This document shows, piece after piece, positions 18,411 to 28,698 of a DNA stretch of 64,000 nt. Positions within the stretch are counted from its first letter, which is position 1. Each line of letters opens with the position of its first letter. The notes below the pieces were generated by a model. It was not told the DNA's origin. It was given only the letters and a program-made list of their open reading frames with translations, and ran no database searches. The stretch is from assembly GCA_043817315.1 (NCBI GenBank), contig JBDRGY010000001.1:154550-218549 (forward strand), written 5' to 3'. The translations under genes were made by a program, and so were the position numbers. Source of the stretch: Patescibacteria group bacterium. GTDB lineage: Bacteria; Patescibacteriota; Patescibacteriia; JBDRGY01.

Positions 18411-20063
18411 ATGAACAATCATAGTATAAAACTTTTCTTTCGTCAACTCAATGCTCGGGACAAGGAGCTGAAAATTATCGTTGCCTTAGCGGTAGTTTTC
18501 TTCGTAATTTATGCCTATTTCCCGGCTACCCAACCGGCAAAATTTGTATCTCCCGATGCCACGGCTAACTACTTTTTTACTAAACAGTTTGCCGAACAAT
18601 CAACACTTAGTTACCAAGAACCTTTAGCAGAGATAAGCCGGAACTTAGTACTGCCCCGTAGCACTGAAGCAGCTGATGGTCAGATAGTGCCCACTAGCTT
18701 TTTGGGTATAATATTAATCTACGGCAGTTTAGCCAAAATATTTACAACTAACATAATAGTTTTCATCACTCCACTGTTGGCCAGTCTGACCGTAATTTTC
18801 TTTTATTTAATATTGAAGCAGGTCTTTGCCAAAAGAATTGCATTTATTTCAAGCTTGCTGCTATATATTCTTCCCGCTTTTTGGTACTACAGTTCCAGGG
18901 CCATGATGCACCAGATTGCTTTTGTCGCTTTTTTTGTAATGGGATTATATTGGACACTTACCGCCCTTAAAAAGACGAAGTTACTTTATTATTTACTGGG
19001 AGGATTATTTCTGGGATTAGCATTGATAGTGCGCACTTCTGAAATCTGGTGGGTGGCACTTTTACTGGTAATTCTGTTTATTGCCAATCGCCAGAAGATG
19101 AAATGGGGCTATCTTGTCTGGTGGGCCTTGATGTTGGGCATAGTATTCGTACCGATTTTATTTTTTAACAATCAATTGTACGGTTCCCCTCTGGCTACGG
19201 CCTATAAAGGTACTGTGGAGGCCGTCACTGCGAGCGGTAGTTCATCGGCTGGTCTTTGGTCCAAGATTTCCAGTCTTATTTTTCCTTTTGGCATTTCTTG
19301 GGCACAATTCTCGGTTAATTTTTGGCACTACTTTATTCAATATTTTTTCTGGCTATCTCTGCCGGCGGTTTTCGGCTTCTTTTTGTATTTGAGACAGTGG
19401 TGCCAGAAAAAGTTATCCCAGCCGCAGATTGTATTTATGATTTCTTTTGTTATTGTTGGTCTCTGGCAAGTTGCTTATTATGGAAGCTGGAGAATTGTTG
19501 AGTTTGAAGATCCCAGTGTATTAATACTTGGTTCTTCCTATATACGTTACTGGCTGATTTTATCTATTTTTTCGTTACCCTTTATCTCGGCTTTTATTTT
19601 ACGACTGGCTACGCTGATAAAGAAAAAATGGAGTCAGGTAGTATTTCCGATTGTCGTAATAAGTTTCCTTATCTTTTTCTCCGCACAGGTTGTTTTGCTG
19701 GACCCTCTTTATGGTTTATCCAAGATTAAACAAGACACTCTTGATTATCAAGATTACTCCGATCAATTAAACCAGGTAACAGAAGATAACTCGGTAATAA
19801 TATCTGGTACCGCTGATAAAGTCTTTTGGCCGGAAAGAGATGTTATCGTCAGCTACCAACCGGACTATAAATTTATCGACGGTGTGCTCAAGCCATTACT
19901 GAAGCAAGTGTCGGTATATTTCTACCACATTAGGTGGCAGACACAATCCCAGGAGTTTTTGAAAGCCTTACCCCAATACAATATTTCTTATGTGGAGACA
20001 TCGCAGATCGACAGTGATTTAACTCTGTATCAACTGCGGGATAATGGTGGAATATCGGACTAA
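18411..20063 (+). CDS. Polytopic membrane protein, putative GT-C-fold glycosyltransferase (ArnT/PMT-like, low confidence)
   Basis: 550 aa with more than 10 TM helices and a C-terminal soluble domain, in a glycan locus. No canonical DE..HPPL motif seen. Confidence 0.4.
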   Translation: MNNHSIKLFFRQLNARDKELKIIVALAVVFFVIYAYFPATQPAKFVSPDATANYFFTKQFAEQSTLSYQEPLAEISRNLVLPRSTEAADGQIVPTSFLGIILIYGSLAKIFTTNIIVFITPLLASLTVIFFYLILKQVFAKRIAFISSLLLYILPAFWYYSSRAMMHQIAFVAFFVMGLYWTLTALKKTKLLYYLLGGLFLGLALIVRTSEIWWVALLLVILFIANRQKMKWGYLVWWALMLGIVFVPILFFNNQLYGSPLATAYKGTVEAVTASGSSSAGLWSKISSLIFPFGISWAQFSVNFWHYFIQYFFWLSLPAVFGFFLYLRQWCQKKLSQPQIVFMISFVIVGLWQVAYYGSWRIVEFEDPSVLILGSSYIRYWLILSIFSLPFISAFILRLATLIKKKWSQVVFPIVVISFLIFFSAQVVLLDPLYGLSKIKQDTLDYQDYSDQLNQVTEDNSVIISGTADKVFWPERDVIVSYQPDYKFIDGVLKPLLKQVSVYFYHIRWQTQSQEFLKALPQYNISYVETSQIDSDLTLYQLRDNGGISD

Positions 20064-20097
20064 TCTGTGTTATGATGGATTTATTCTAAGCAGAAAA

Positions 20098-21654
20098 ATG
20101 AGTCTAGAAACAACCAAACTGACAGTAAAAATTATCAAGGTGGTTATCTATTTGATCCCAATAGGTATTTTGCTTTTTTTGTTAAATAAAAATTTTGTAC
20201 CGCTAGGAACTCTGGAAATAAAATACCAGGCAGAGTTGAATGAAAATCAAGCCATCGAAAATTTCGCCAGTCGGGAAGGGGATAAAATAATTGGGTATGC
20301 GGAAACAACGGGTGATTATTTTCATTTAATAACAACTGATCCGGTGTTATTCGACTTGAGAGCGCCACGACTTTTTCCAACGGCTAAAATAAGCGTTCTA
20401 TACCAGGATCCTGATTGGCAACCGCTTCTAAGGATAGGTGTTAGACAGAAAAACGGGCAGTATCACACTCAAACTGCGGCCCATCACGATCGTATTATAG
20501 AAAACTTACCAGATGACTGGCAGGTTACTAAAGAAGGGGCTGGTTATCTGGCCCAGAAGACAGAGGGCCTTGATACTGGTTTTAAGAAATTCGATAGTGT
20601 TGAGCAGTTAAAAGCAGATCAACCATCTATCGAAAAAATTCTAACGATCAATCATCATCTGGTCAATGACTTAGCCATACCCGAATACCAAAAATCAGGT
20701 TCCTTTTTTACCATAGACAATAGTCTCCGTGGTCCTATCGAAATCTATACTTATGTGCAACATGAAGATTTAGATTTTACTTTCCATTTTCAAGATATCA
20801 ATAGACACCAAGGAGCAGATAAGGTACCAATCGTTGTTTATAAGGAAGCTGAAATTGTTTACAGCAGCCTGCTTGAAGATGATGGAGATGATACCGTGTC
20901 CGGAGTAGCCTCTGCAGTTAGACCTGTGTCAGTAAAAATTGTTGACCCCGAGCCGGGAATTTATCGCTTGGTAGTAGGGGCTATCAACGACGAAATTTTT
21001 ACTCGCCAAATTATAACTAGTCAATCAAAAGTTGTATTCAAAAATAATCTGTTTTTGGCTGAAAGTGATGAATACGCCAGTTCCTTTGATGATATCCAAA
21101 CCAAAGAGGTCGTAGTCTATACTGATAGCCCCTCATTTCGCTTGACTACACCACATCAAAAAGGGTTACAAACGATTACTGCTGGAGATCAGACAGTCGA
21201 TATAGAAGAAACACATATTGAATACCCCGTAGTAAATCCCGGTCAGAATTTGATAGCCTTGAATTCTCCAATCAATGACGTCAAGATTATCGGGAGTGGT
21301 TTTTATGCTTTTAGTCCGGAAAGCTTTTTCGACCCGACCGATTATCAAATAAGAGCCAAATCAGTGTCTTCACTGAACAGCCTTGATGATTTGGCGGACT
21401 ATGACTATATCATTGGTGAATATATTGAACCCCAGCGCCAAGGCAACTGGTTGGTGGCTGAAGCGCAAGTGGAGGTGCCCCAGCTTTATTTTGACGAGAA
21501 TTTCCGGGCTTCCTTCTCCATAGATTTACCGGGATTGGCTGAAAACAATAGGTTGTTTAAAATCAAGGAAATTCAAATTGTCTTAGAGAAACCACCGTTA
21601 ACCTTTTCCAATATTTTTTCTAGAGCCAAAGATTATTTTACTAATCTATTTTAA
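20098..21654 (+). CDS. N-terminally membrane-anchored extracytoplasmic protein (paralog B of 439..1980)
   Basis: A TM helix (VVIYLIPIGILLFLL) follows the Met at 20098; the upstream ATG at 20044 is also possible. Shares conserved blocks with the 513-aa ORF. Confidence 0.55.
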   Translation: MSLETTKLTVKIIKVVIYLIPIGILLFLLNKNFVPLGTLEIKYQAELNENQAIENFASREGDKIIGYAETTGDYFHLITTDPVLFDLRAPRLFPTAKISVLYQDPDWQPLLRIGVRQKNGQYHTQTAAHHDRIIENLPDDWQVTKEGAGYLAQKTEGLDTGFKKFDSVEQLKADQPSIEKILTINHHLVNDLAIPEYQKSGSFFTIDNSLRGPIEIYTYVQHEDLDFTFHFQDINRHQGADKVPIVVYKEAEIVYSSLLEDDGDDTVSGVASAVRPVSVKIVDPEPGIYRLVVGAINDEIFTRQIITSQSKVVFKNNLFLAESDEYASSFDDIQTKEVVVYTDSPSFRLTTPHQKGLQTITAGDQTVDIEETHIEYPVVNPGQNLIALNSPINDVKIIGSGFYAFSPESFFDPTDYQIRAKSVSSLNSLDDLADYDYIIGEYIEPQRQGNWLVAEAQVEVPQLYFDENFRASFSIDLPGLAENNRLFKIKEIQIVLEKPPLTFSNIFSRAKDYFTNLF

Positions 21655-21656
21655 TA

Positions 21657-22073
21657 ATGATAAATTCATCGAATAACTATTCTCACAGTCGCCAGTACGC
21701 CAACGAGATTATTTTAGAGATCTTTAAAGTATCTTTAGTCAGCTATTTTCTATTTTCTTTATTAGAATTAATCAAGCCAGGCATGGTCAGTCACTATTTT
21801 AATCAGAATGTCCTATTACAAGCTGCCATTGTATCGGGAATTATTCTGGTTTCATTTTTTGACTTTGATGATAGCAAGGCTATAATTAATAAGAACAAAA
21901 GACTGCCAACCTTAATAACTTTTATATTGGCCGTTATTATCGCCGTTTACCTTTACCTGCAGTTAAAATCACTTGGCATCATTGGCCTAGTGTTTTCATT
22001 AATTGTTGGGGCGGTGATCATCTTAATCCCCATTTTTCTTAGCAGAGAATTATTTGAGCCTAAAGAGGAGTAA
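21657..22073 (+). CDS. Small membrane protein, hypothetical
   Basis: 138 aa with 4 TM segments. Confidence 0.4.
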   Translation: MINSSNNYSHSRQYANEIILEIFKVSLVSYFLFSLLELIKPGMVSHYFNQNVLLQAAIVSGIILVSFFDFDDSKAIINKNKRLPTLITFILAVIIAVYLYLQLKSLGIIGLVFSLIVGAVIILIPIFLSRELFEPKEE

Positions 22074-22077
22074 ATAT

Positions 22078-22806
22078 ATGAAAGGAATAATTTTGGCTGG
22101 AGGCTTAGCCACTAGACTAAGACCGCTGACCAAGGTAACCAATAAACATCTATTACCGGTTTACAACAAACCGATGATTTATTATCCAATTGAGACGCTA
22201 AAGCAGTCTGGCATCGAAAACATCATGATAATATCTGGTAAGGGTCATGCCGGTCATTTTCTCGAACTTTTAGGTTCGGGCAAAGAACTGGGAATTAAAC
22301 TGTCGTATGAAGTTCAAGAAGAGCCAGGAGGAATTGCTCAGGCCCTGGGCTTGGCTGAGGATTTTGCCGATAACGGACCAGTGATGGTTATGTTGGGTGA
22401 TAATATCGTTGTCGATGATATCAGCCAGGCTGCTAAAGACTTCAAAGAACAAAAATCTGGTTCCAAAATCTTTCTTAAGGAAGTTGATAACCCAGAAAGC
22501 TTTGGAATTGCCTTTTTACAAGACAATAAAATTATCAAGATTGTAGAAAAGCCCAAGCGGCCAGACAGCAATTTAGCAGTTGTGGGTATCTATATGTTTG
22601 ATTCGGAAGTTTTCAAGGTAATTAAAACTCTTAAGCCTTCTTCCCGCGGTGAGTTGGAAATCACCGATGTCAACAATCACTATCTTGACAAGGGACAATT
22701 GACCTACGAAGTTCTTAAGGGTTGGTGGGGGGACGGGGGAGAGTCTTTTGACAGTTTATTAAAGGCCTCGAATTTAGCAGCTGATTCTTTTAAGGAGAAA
22801 GAGTAA
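22078..22806 (+). CDS. rmlA: Glucose-1-phosphate thymidylyltransferase-like nucleotidyltransferase (short RmlA type)
   Basis: MKGIILAGGLATRLRPLTKVTNKHLLPVYNKPMIYYPIE. AAAGAGGAG ribosome-binding site 9 nt upstream of the ATG at 22078. Confidence 0.7.
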   Translation: MKGIILAGGLATRLRPLTKVTNKHLLPVYNKPMIYYPIETLKQSGIENIMIISGKGHAGHFLELLGSGKELGIKLSYEVQEEPGGIAQALGLAEDFADNGPVMVMLGDNIVVDDISQAAKDFKEQKSGSKIFLKEVDNPESFGIAFLQDNKIIKIVEKPKRPDSNLAVVGIYMFDSEVFKVIKTLKPSSRGELEITDVNNHYLDKGQLTYEVLKGWWGDGGESFDSLLKASNLAADSFKEKE

Positions 22807-23276
22807 TGAAACTTATCGAAGGAGTTAAAGTAAAGAAACTGAAGAAGATTGAAGATGAAAGAGGATTTTTGATGGAAATGATGAGAGCTGATGATCCCTT
22901 TTTTAAGAAATTTGGTCAGGTGTATATGTCAGCTTGTAATCCAGGCTATGCCAAGGGCTGGCATTATCACAAGATTCAGACCGATAATTTTACAGTGGCC
23001 AAGGGGAAGGCCAGGATTGTACTATATGACGGCAGAAAGGACTCTCCTACATATAAGAAGATAAACGAGTTTGAATTAAGTGACGAAAACCGAGTATTAA
23101 TTACAGTTCCGCCTGGTGTCTATCATGGATATGTAGTTCTTGAATCGGAGAAGGAACCAGGCTACATGATAAATACCCCAACTGAAAAATATAATTACGA
23201 TAACCCCGATGAATTTCGAGCCCCTTTCGATGATCCAAAGATAGGGTACGATTGGGGTGTCAAGAAAGGAGGCTAA
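22806..23276 (+). CDS. rmlC: dTDP-4-dehydrorhamnose 3,5-epimerase (cupin, RmlC family)
   Basis: 156-aa cupin with GWHYHK...VPPGVYHGY motifs. Confidence 0.7.
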   Translation: MKLIEGVKVKKLKKIEDERGFLMEMMRADDPFFKKFGQVYMSACNPGYAKGWHYHKIQTDNFTVAKGKARIVLYDGRKDSPTYKKINEFELSDENRVLITVPPGVYHGYVVLESEKEPGYMINTPTEKYNYDNPDEFRAPFDDPKIGYDWGVKKGG

Positions 23277-23277
23277 T

Positions 23278-24213
23278 ATGAGAGTAATCGTTGTTGGTTC
23301 TCTAGCCTATGATCGAATCATGAATTTTCCAGGGTATTTTAAGGACAATATCCTGCCCTCGAAAATTCATGTACTTAATGTCAGTTTTCATCTAGAAAGG
23401 TTTAATGAACAATTCGGAGGAACTGCCGGTAATATTGCCTATAACTTGGCTTTACTTGGCGAGAAACCGGTTATTTTTGCTGCAGTCGGTAAAGACTTCG
23501 GAAAATATAAACAGTGGCTCAGAAGCAAGAAAGTTGATGTATCCAAAATTAAAACGATAGATAGAGAATTGACAGCTACTGCCCATATTATTACCGATAA
23601 AGCAGACAATCAGATAACCGGTTTTTACCCAGGTGCCATGAAGCACTCGGCCAATACTTTGCCTAAAAGCTGGAAGGGCAAAAAGGCAATCGGGATCGTG
23701 GCTCCGGGTAATCTACAAGACATGGTCAGATTTCCCCGACTTTTTAAGCAATACAAGATTCCTTTTATCTTTGATCCTTCGATGCAAATTCCGCGTCTCT
23801 CCAAGAAAGATTTGCTCTCCGGCATTCAAGGTTGCACTGCCTTGATTGGAAACGATTATGAAATGACAATGTTCTTGAGAAAAACCGGATTAAATAAGCG
23901 TGTCTTGTTAGAAAAAGTTCCCTTGGTAATCACCACCAAAGGGCCTGAAGGAGCAGTGATTGATACAGCTGTTCAGAGATTCAATATCCCTCCGGCTAAA
24001 CCAGAAAATGATTCTGATCCTACCGGGGCAGGAGATGCATTCAGAGCGGGACTTATTAAAGGATTAATTAATGACTATCCCTTGGAAAAGGCCGGAAAAC
24101 TAGCGGCTACGGTGGCAGTTTACACAGTAGAAAAATATGGCACTCAAACTCATCATTACAATTGGACCTCGGTTAGGAAGCGTTATCAAAAAAATTATAA
24201 GGAAAATCTATGA
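23278..24213 (+). CDS. PfkB-family carbohydrate/nucleoside kinase (possibly adenosine kinase)
   Basis: [15 protein letters not shown] and [17 protein letters not shown] motifs. GGAGG ribosome-binding site before the ATG at 23278. Adjacent to ahcY. Confidence 0.7.
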   Translation: MRVIVVGSLAYDRIMNFPGYFKDNILPSKIHVLNVSFHLERFNEQFGGTAGNIAYNLALLGEKPVIFAAVGKDFGKYKQWLRSKKVDVSKIKTIDRELTATAHIITDKADNQITGFYPGAMKHSANTLPKSWKGKKAIGIVAPGNLQDMVRFPRLFKQYKIPFIFDPSMQIPRLSKKDLLSGIQGCTALIGNDYEMTMFLRKTGLNKRVLLEKVPLVITTKGPEGAVIDTAVQRFNIPPAKPENDSDPTGAGDAFRAGLIKGLINDYPLEKAGKLAATVAVYTVEKYGTQTHHYNWTSVRKRYQKNYKENL

Positions 24214-25466
24214 AGTATGACGTAAAGAACTTGAATCTTGCCGACAAAGGTGTCAAAAGGATTGCCTGGGCTGCCCGCAGCATGAAAGTTTTGGAATTAA
24301 TCAACCAGAGATTTACCAAGCAAAAGCCGTTGAAAAACATCAGGATCGCGGCCTGTCTTCATGTTACCACCGAGACGGCCAATCTGATGATCACCCTGAA
24401 GCAAGGCGGAGCCAAGGTGATGCTCTGTGCTTCCAATCCATTATCAACTCAAGATGATGTAGCCGCTGCCTTAGTTCAAAGATACAAGATTCCAGTTTTT
24501 GCCATTACCGGAGAATCTCGTAAGAAGTATTACGACCATTTAAATGCTGTGCTAGATGCCAAGCCACAGATTACCATGGACGACGGAGCCGATTTGGTTT
24601 CCCAACTTCATTCGGAAAGATCCAAGTTGGCCACCAATGTCCGTGGCTCGACTGAGGAAACGACAACAGGGGTTATCCGCCTAAAAAGTTTAGCCAAAAA
24701 GAAATTACTAAAATTTCCTGTGATTGCCGTTAATGATGCTCTGACCAAGCACCTTTTTGATAATCGATATGGAACCGGACAATCAACAATCGACGGTATT
24801 ATGAGAGCCACCAATGTTTTGCTGGCCGGTAAGAAGTTTGTGGTAGCCGGATACGGAATGTGCGGCCGAGGAGTGGCTATGCGGGCCAGGGGATTGGGCT
24901 CTCAGGTTATTGTTACCGAGGTGGATCCCACCAGAGCTTTGGAAGCCCATTTAGACGGTTATCAGGTAATGACCATGGAACAGGCAGCCGCTGTTGGCGA
25001 TATATTTGTAACCGTAACCGGAGATACCAAAGTGATTGCCCAGCAACATTTTGCGGCCATGAAAGACGGTGCTATCGTGGCCAATTCCGGGCATTTCGAC
25101 GTGGAGATCGATTTAAAGGCCTTGGGAGAGCTTGCTAAGGAAGTTAAGAAGATTCGGGATTATGTTGAGGAGTACGTTATTAACAAAGATAAAAGCATTT
25201 TTGTTCTTGGTGGGGGGCGCTTAATAAACTTAGCGGCGGCCGAAGGACACCCGGCCCAAGTGATGGATATGTCGTTTGCCAATCAGGCATTGTCGGCTGA
25301 ATACCTGGTTAAAAGCTACCGCAAGTTAAAAAATTTGGTTTATCCGGTACCGGAAGATATCGACAAGAATATTGCCTTAATAAAACTCAAGACCATGGGT
25401 ATAAAAATTGATCAATTGACCAAAGAACAGCAGGAATATTTGGCCAGTTGGCAGTTAGGAACCTAA
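24210..25466 (+). CDS. ahcY: Adenosylhomocysteinase (S-adenosyl-L-homocysteine hydrolase)
   Basis: [25 protein letters not shown], and the [20 protein letters not shown]-binding motif. 418 aa. Confidence 0.9.
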   Translation: MKYDVKNLNLADKGVKRIAWAARSMKVLELINQRFTKQKPLKNIRIAACLHVTTETANLMITLKQGGAKVMLCASNPLSTQDDVAAALVQRYKIPVFAITGESRKKYYDHLNAVLDAKPQITMDDGADLVSQLHSERSKLATNVRGSTEETTTGVIRLKSLAKKKLLKFPVIAVNDALTKHLFDNRYGTGQSTIDGIMRATNVLLAGKKFVVAGYGMCGRGVAMRARGLGSQVIVTEVDPTRALEAHLDGYQVMTMEQAAAVGDIFVTVTGDTKVIAQQHFAAMKDGAIVANSGHFDVEIDLKALGELAKEVKKIRDYVEEYVINKDKSIFVLGGGRLINLAAAEGHPAQVMDMSFANQALSAEYLVKSYRKLKNLVYPVPEDIDKNIALIKLKTMGIKIDQLTKEQQEYLASWQLGT

Positions 25467-25468
25467 TA

Positions 25469-26470
25469 ATGAAAGTCTTAGTTACCGGGGGAGCCGGTTT
25501 CATGGGCTCCAACTTCATCCGCTACATGTTAAAAAAGCATGAGAGTGCTAAGATTGTTAACTTAGATAAATTAACCTATGCTGGAAATCTGAAAAATCTG
25601 GAAATGATTGCTAATAACCCCAGATACCAATTCGTCAAAGGAGATATTGCCGATGAAAAGATAGTAGATAGAATTGTTAATAATAAAATCGACACTATTA
25701 TAAACTTCGCAGCAGAGACTCATGTCGATCGTTCTATCTTAGGCCCCAAAGACTTCATTATTACCGATGTGCTTGGTACCTATACTCTTTTGGAAGCAGC
25801 CAAAAAGTATAAGGTCAAAAAATATATCCAAATATCCACTGATGAAGTGTATGGCAGCACTAAAAGCGGCAAGTTTTCAGAAACCACCAACTTCGACCCC
25901 TCATCACCGTATTCTGCTTCTAAGGCCGGGGGAGATCATTTGGTGATGGCCTATTACAAAACTTTTGGGGTACCAATAATCAGAACCCACAGCTGTAACT
26001 TTTTCGGGCCCAATCAGTATCCGGAAAAATTAATCCCGCTATTCGTCACCAATTTGTTGGAGAATAAAAAGGTACCGGTTTATGGTAAGGGGTTAAATTC
26101 ACGAGAATGGATATATACAGAAGATTATTGCCAAGCCTTAGACCTTATTATGAATAAGGGTAAAATCGGAGAAGTCTATAATATCGGGACTGGTTGGGAA
26201 AAAACCAATATGGAGATTACCAGATTAATCTTGCGGTTACTGGGTAAAGATAAGTCGATGATAAAGTACGTCAAAGACAGACCGGGTCATGATTGGAGAT
26301 ATGCTATTGATAATCGAAAACTGAAAAGATTGGGCTGGAAACCATCCTTTACCTTTAACGAGGCAATGAAGCTGACAGTCTCCTGGTACCAACATAACCA
26401 CAAATGGTGGCAGCCCCTAAAAAGCGGCCAGTATAAGAAATATTATAAAAAGCAGTATGACAAAAGGTAA
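25469..26470 (+). CDS. rmlB: dTDP-glucose 4,6-dehydratase
   Basis: MKVLVTGGAGFMGSNF and YSASKAGGDHLV (YxxxK) short-chain dehydrogenase motifs. RYAIDNRKL. Confidence 0.85.
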   Translation: MKVLVTGGAGFMGSNFIRYMLKKHESAKIVNLDKLTYAGNLKNLEMIANNPRYQFVKGDIADEKIVDRIVNNKIDTIINFAAETHVDRSILGPKDFIITDVLGTYTLLEAAKKYKVKKYIQISTDEVYGSTKSGKFSETTNFDPSSPYSASKAGGDHLVMAYYKTFGVPIIRTHSCNFFGPNQYPEKLIPLFVTNLLENKKVPVYGKGLNSREWIYTEDYCQALDLIMNKGKIGEVYNIGTGWEKTNMEITRLILRLLGKDKSMIKYVKDRPGHDWRYAIDNRKLKRLGWKPSFTFNEAMKLTVSWYQHNHKWWQPLKSGQYKKYYKKQYDKR

Positions 26471-27293
26471 ACCCAGAAAAATCTTGGTTTTAGGAGCCAA
26501 CGGCATGTTAGGTAGCCAGCTGGTTAAGGTATTTGCTAAAGAAAAACCTATTGCCTGGACTAAGAAAGACCTAGACATTTCTAATCAGAAGCAGGTTGCC
26601 GACAAGATATCAAAGCTAAGACCGGAAATAATCATTAATGCTGCTGGTTATACTGCGGTTGATGATTGCGAGAAAAGGGCCGATAAAGCTTTGGCGGTAA
26701 ATGGCAAGGCAGTTGGTTATTTGGCACAAACCTGCCAAAAAATAAACTGTACCTTAGTTCACTTTAGTACCGACTATGTTTTTAACGGTAATAAGGAAAC
26801 CGGCTACAAGGAGAATGACAAGACCTATCCCGTTAATACCTATGGCCAATCAAAAGAATACGGCGAGAAAATGTTAAAAAAATATCTGAAGAATTACTAT
26901 TTAATCAGAACCTCCTGGCTGTTTGGCAAGAACGGTCGTAATTTCGTTGATACAATTTTAGAGTTTGCCCCCAAGAGAGTAGAAATGAAAGTTGTTAATG
27001 ACCAATTTGGTAAACCTACCTACGCCCTAGATTTAGCCACTGAAACCAAAGAGATCATAGAAAAACAACCCTATGGTATTTACCACGTGACCAACGAGGG
27101 AATAACAAGCTGGTATAATTATGCCAAGACTATCTGCCGTCTTAGGCATTTGCCGACGAAAATTGCTCCAGTAACCTCTTACGAGTTTCCCCGTCCCGCC
27201 AAAAGACCACGCTATTCTATTCTGGTTAACACAAAAATAAAAAAATGCCGTCACTGGAGGTTGGCTTTAAAAGAGTATTTAAGGACTAATTGA
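26457..27293 (+). CDS. rmlD: dTDP-4-dehydrorhamnose reductase
   Basis: KILVLGANGMLGSQL, HFSTDYVFNG and YGQSKEYGE motifs. Confidence 0.8.
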   Translation: MTKGKPRKILVLGANGMLGSQLVKVFAKEKPIAWTKKDLDISNQKQVADKISKLRPEIIINAAGYTAVDDCEKRADKALAVNGKAVGYLAQTCQKINCTLVHFSTDYVFNGNKETGYKENDKTYPVNTYGQSKEYGEKMLKKYLKNYYLIRTSWLFGKNGRNFVDTILEFAPKRVEMKVVNDQFGKPTYALDLATETKEIIEKQPYGIYHVTNEGITSWYNYAKTICRLRHLPTKIAPVTSYEFPRPAKRPRYSILVNTKIKKCRHWRLALKEYLRTN

Positions 27294-28620
27294 TAATCAG
27301 TTTTTTCAAAATATAGGTAGTCACTTTAGTGGGTTGCTTCTCGAAAAAGTAGAGGTCTTTTTTATTATGTAAAAAAAGATCCAGGGCATCGCTTTCCGCC
27401 AAATCTTGGGTGATGGAGGTGCGTTGATCAAACTCGATTGCTTTTATCCGGTTTTTGGTGACAAAAAGAGCATATGGATAACCATTATAAATAATTGCGT
27501 CGGTGATTAAACTGCTGTAACGGGTTACCAGATTACTTTGTAGGCTTTGTTGGTCCCAGGTCCATAGTTCGTGATCGTCTAAAAATAGCAGGTGGTTAGC
27601 ATCGGTAGCCATATCTATTTTTAGCGAAGCGTTTATGGTAGCAAGTACTTGATTATCATTTATAGAGAAAATTATTGTGTCTTGGTTGTCTAAGTCATAA
27701 ATAACCAGATAGTCAGTAGAGTTTACCATCGGCTGAAAATACATAGCAGATGAATCTGGCCAATGAGAGATTTCTTGACCATCCTTACTATCCGGGGAAT
27801 AGGCGCGCAATTTGACTCCCAGTTCAGTGTTATTGAGAAGATATATCAAGTTATCACGTCCTTGATAATCCAATAGGGCATCTCCTGTGCCTGAAATAAT
27901 CTCCAATTTATTTGTAGGGACATTGAACCGGTACAGTTTTTGGTTATTAGAAAAGTAAAAGTAGTCATCGGATAATTGATCCCATCGTAAATCATTGATT
28001 TGAAAATTTATCAGTGGATTAAGATTGGAGATCTGATCAATGTGATTGGCATCAACAAGGTAGTGTTGACCACTGGATTGGGTTATCACCACCTGATTAC
28101 CCTGATAAGACCAATAGTAATTTGAAATGGTATCTTTGGAGGGAAGAGTAATCTTTCTTTTGTCCCCGGTAAGTTTCTGATGCCACAATTGATTATCGGT
28201 GTCTTGGTAAATTATATTATTCTTATCGTGACTGACCGAGTAGCTTAGAATATCTTCTATGATGTTTTCCGGGTCCTGGTCATTTCTATACAGGACAATA
28301 TCTTCGAAGATTGCAGTCTGAGCCGGCAATACTTCAATTTGTTTTTGCCAAGGAAAATAGCCCTCTTTCTTTACTTCGACTGTGTAAAAGTCCGGTCTTA
28401 AATTAGTTATCAGGTGCTTACTCTCTCCGACTAATTGACCGTTGAGGTATATATCAGCCTGGTCCGGCTGACTATCAATCTTAATGGATCCGATTTTATA
28501 CAATGAATGCATTTGCCAGTCATAGCGGTAACCCAAAGAATATAAAAGGACTACCGGTGCCAGGGCCAGAAAAAGCACAATAAAACTGGAATAATAGATT
28601 CTTCTTTGCCTAAGATTCAT
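27286..28620 (-). CDS. Membrane-anchored protein with PEGA-like domain and repeat-rich ectodomain, hypothetical
   Basis: N-terminal TM helix. IDSQPDQADIYLNGQLVGE...VEVKKEGYFPW resembles a PEGA domain. Ends convergently overlapping rmlD by 8 bp. Confidence 0.5.
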   Translation of the reverse strand: MNLRQRRIYYSSFIVLFLALAPVVLLYSLGYRYDWQMHSLYKIGSIKIDSQPDQADIYLNGQLVGESKHLITNLRPDFYTVEVKKEGYFPWQKQIEVLPAQTAIFEDIVLYRNDQDPENIIEDILSYSVSHDKNNIIYQDTDNQLWHQKLTGDKRKITLPSKDTISNYYWSYQGNQVVITQSSGQHYLVDANHIDQISNLNPLINFQINDLRWDQLSDDYFYFSNNQKLYRFNVPTNKLEIISGTGDALLDYQGRDNLIYLLNNTELGVKLRAYSPDSKDGQEISHWPDSSAMYFQPMVNSTDYLVIYDLDNQDTIIFSINDNQVLATINASLKIDMATDANHLLFLDDHELWTWDQQSLQSNLVTRYSSLITDAIIYNGYPYALFVTKNRIKAIEFDQRTSITQDLAESDALDLFLHNKKDLYFFEKQPTKVTTYILKKLIIN

Positions 28621-28621
28621 T

Positions 28622-28650
28622 TTGACAAAAGAGGCGATTACTTATAGAAT
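28622..28650 (+). promoter_or_regulatory. Sigma-70-like promoter for the murA operon (TTGACA-17-TAGAAT)
   Basis: TTGACA at 28622-28627, 17-bp spacer, TAGAAT at 28645-28650. Lies in the divergent intergenic region. Confidence 0.5.
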
Positions 28651-28698
28651 TGATATCAGATAATAACTACATTTTAGCAGAAAAAGTCAATTTGGAAT

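Noticed and set aside
24860-25138. GC-rich plus-frame ORF ([22 protein letters not shown]...) and many other 60-100-aa ORFs in the track that lie inside or antisense to large conserved genes (e.g. 646-924, 2717-2953, 53314-54057, 44752-45099)
   Set aside because: These are shadow or alternative-frame ORFs fully contained in well-supported genes (ahcY, the GT2 gene, secA, mraY). They have no ribosome-binding sites and a low-complexity composition typical of out-of-frame translation.
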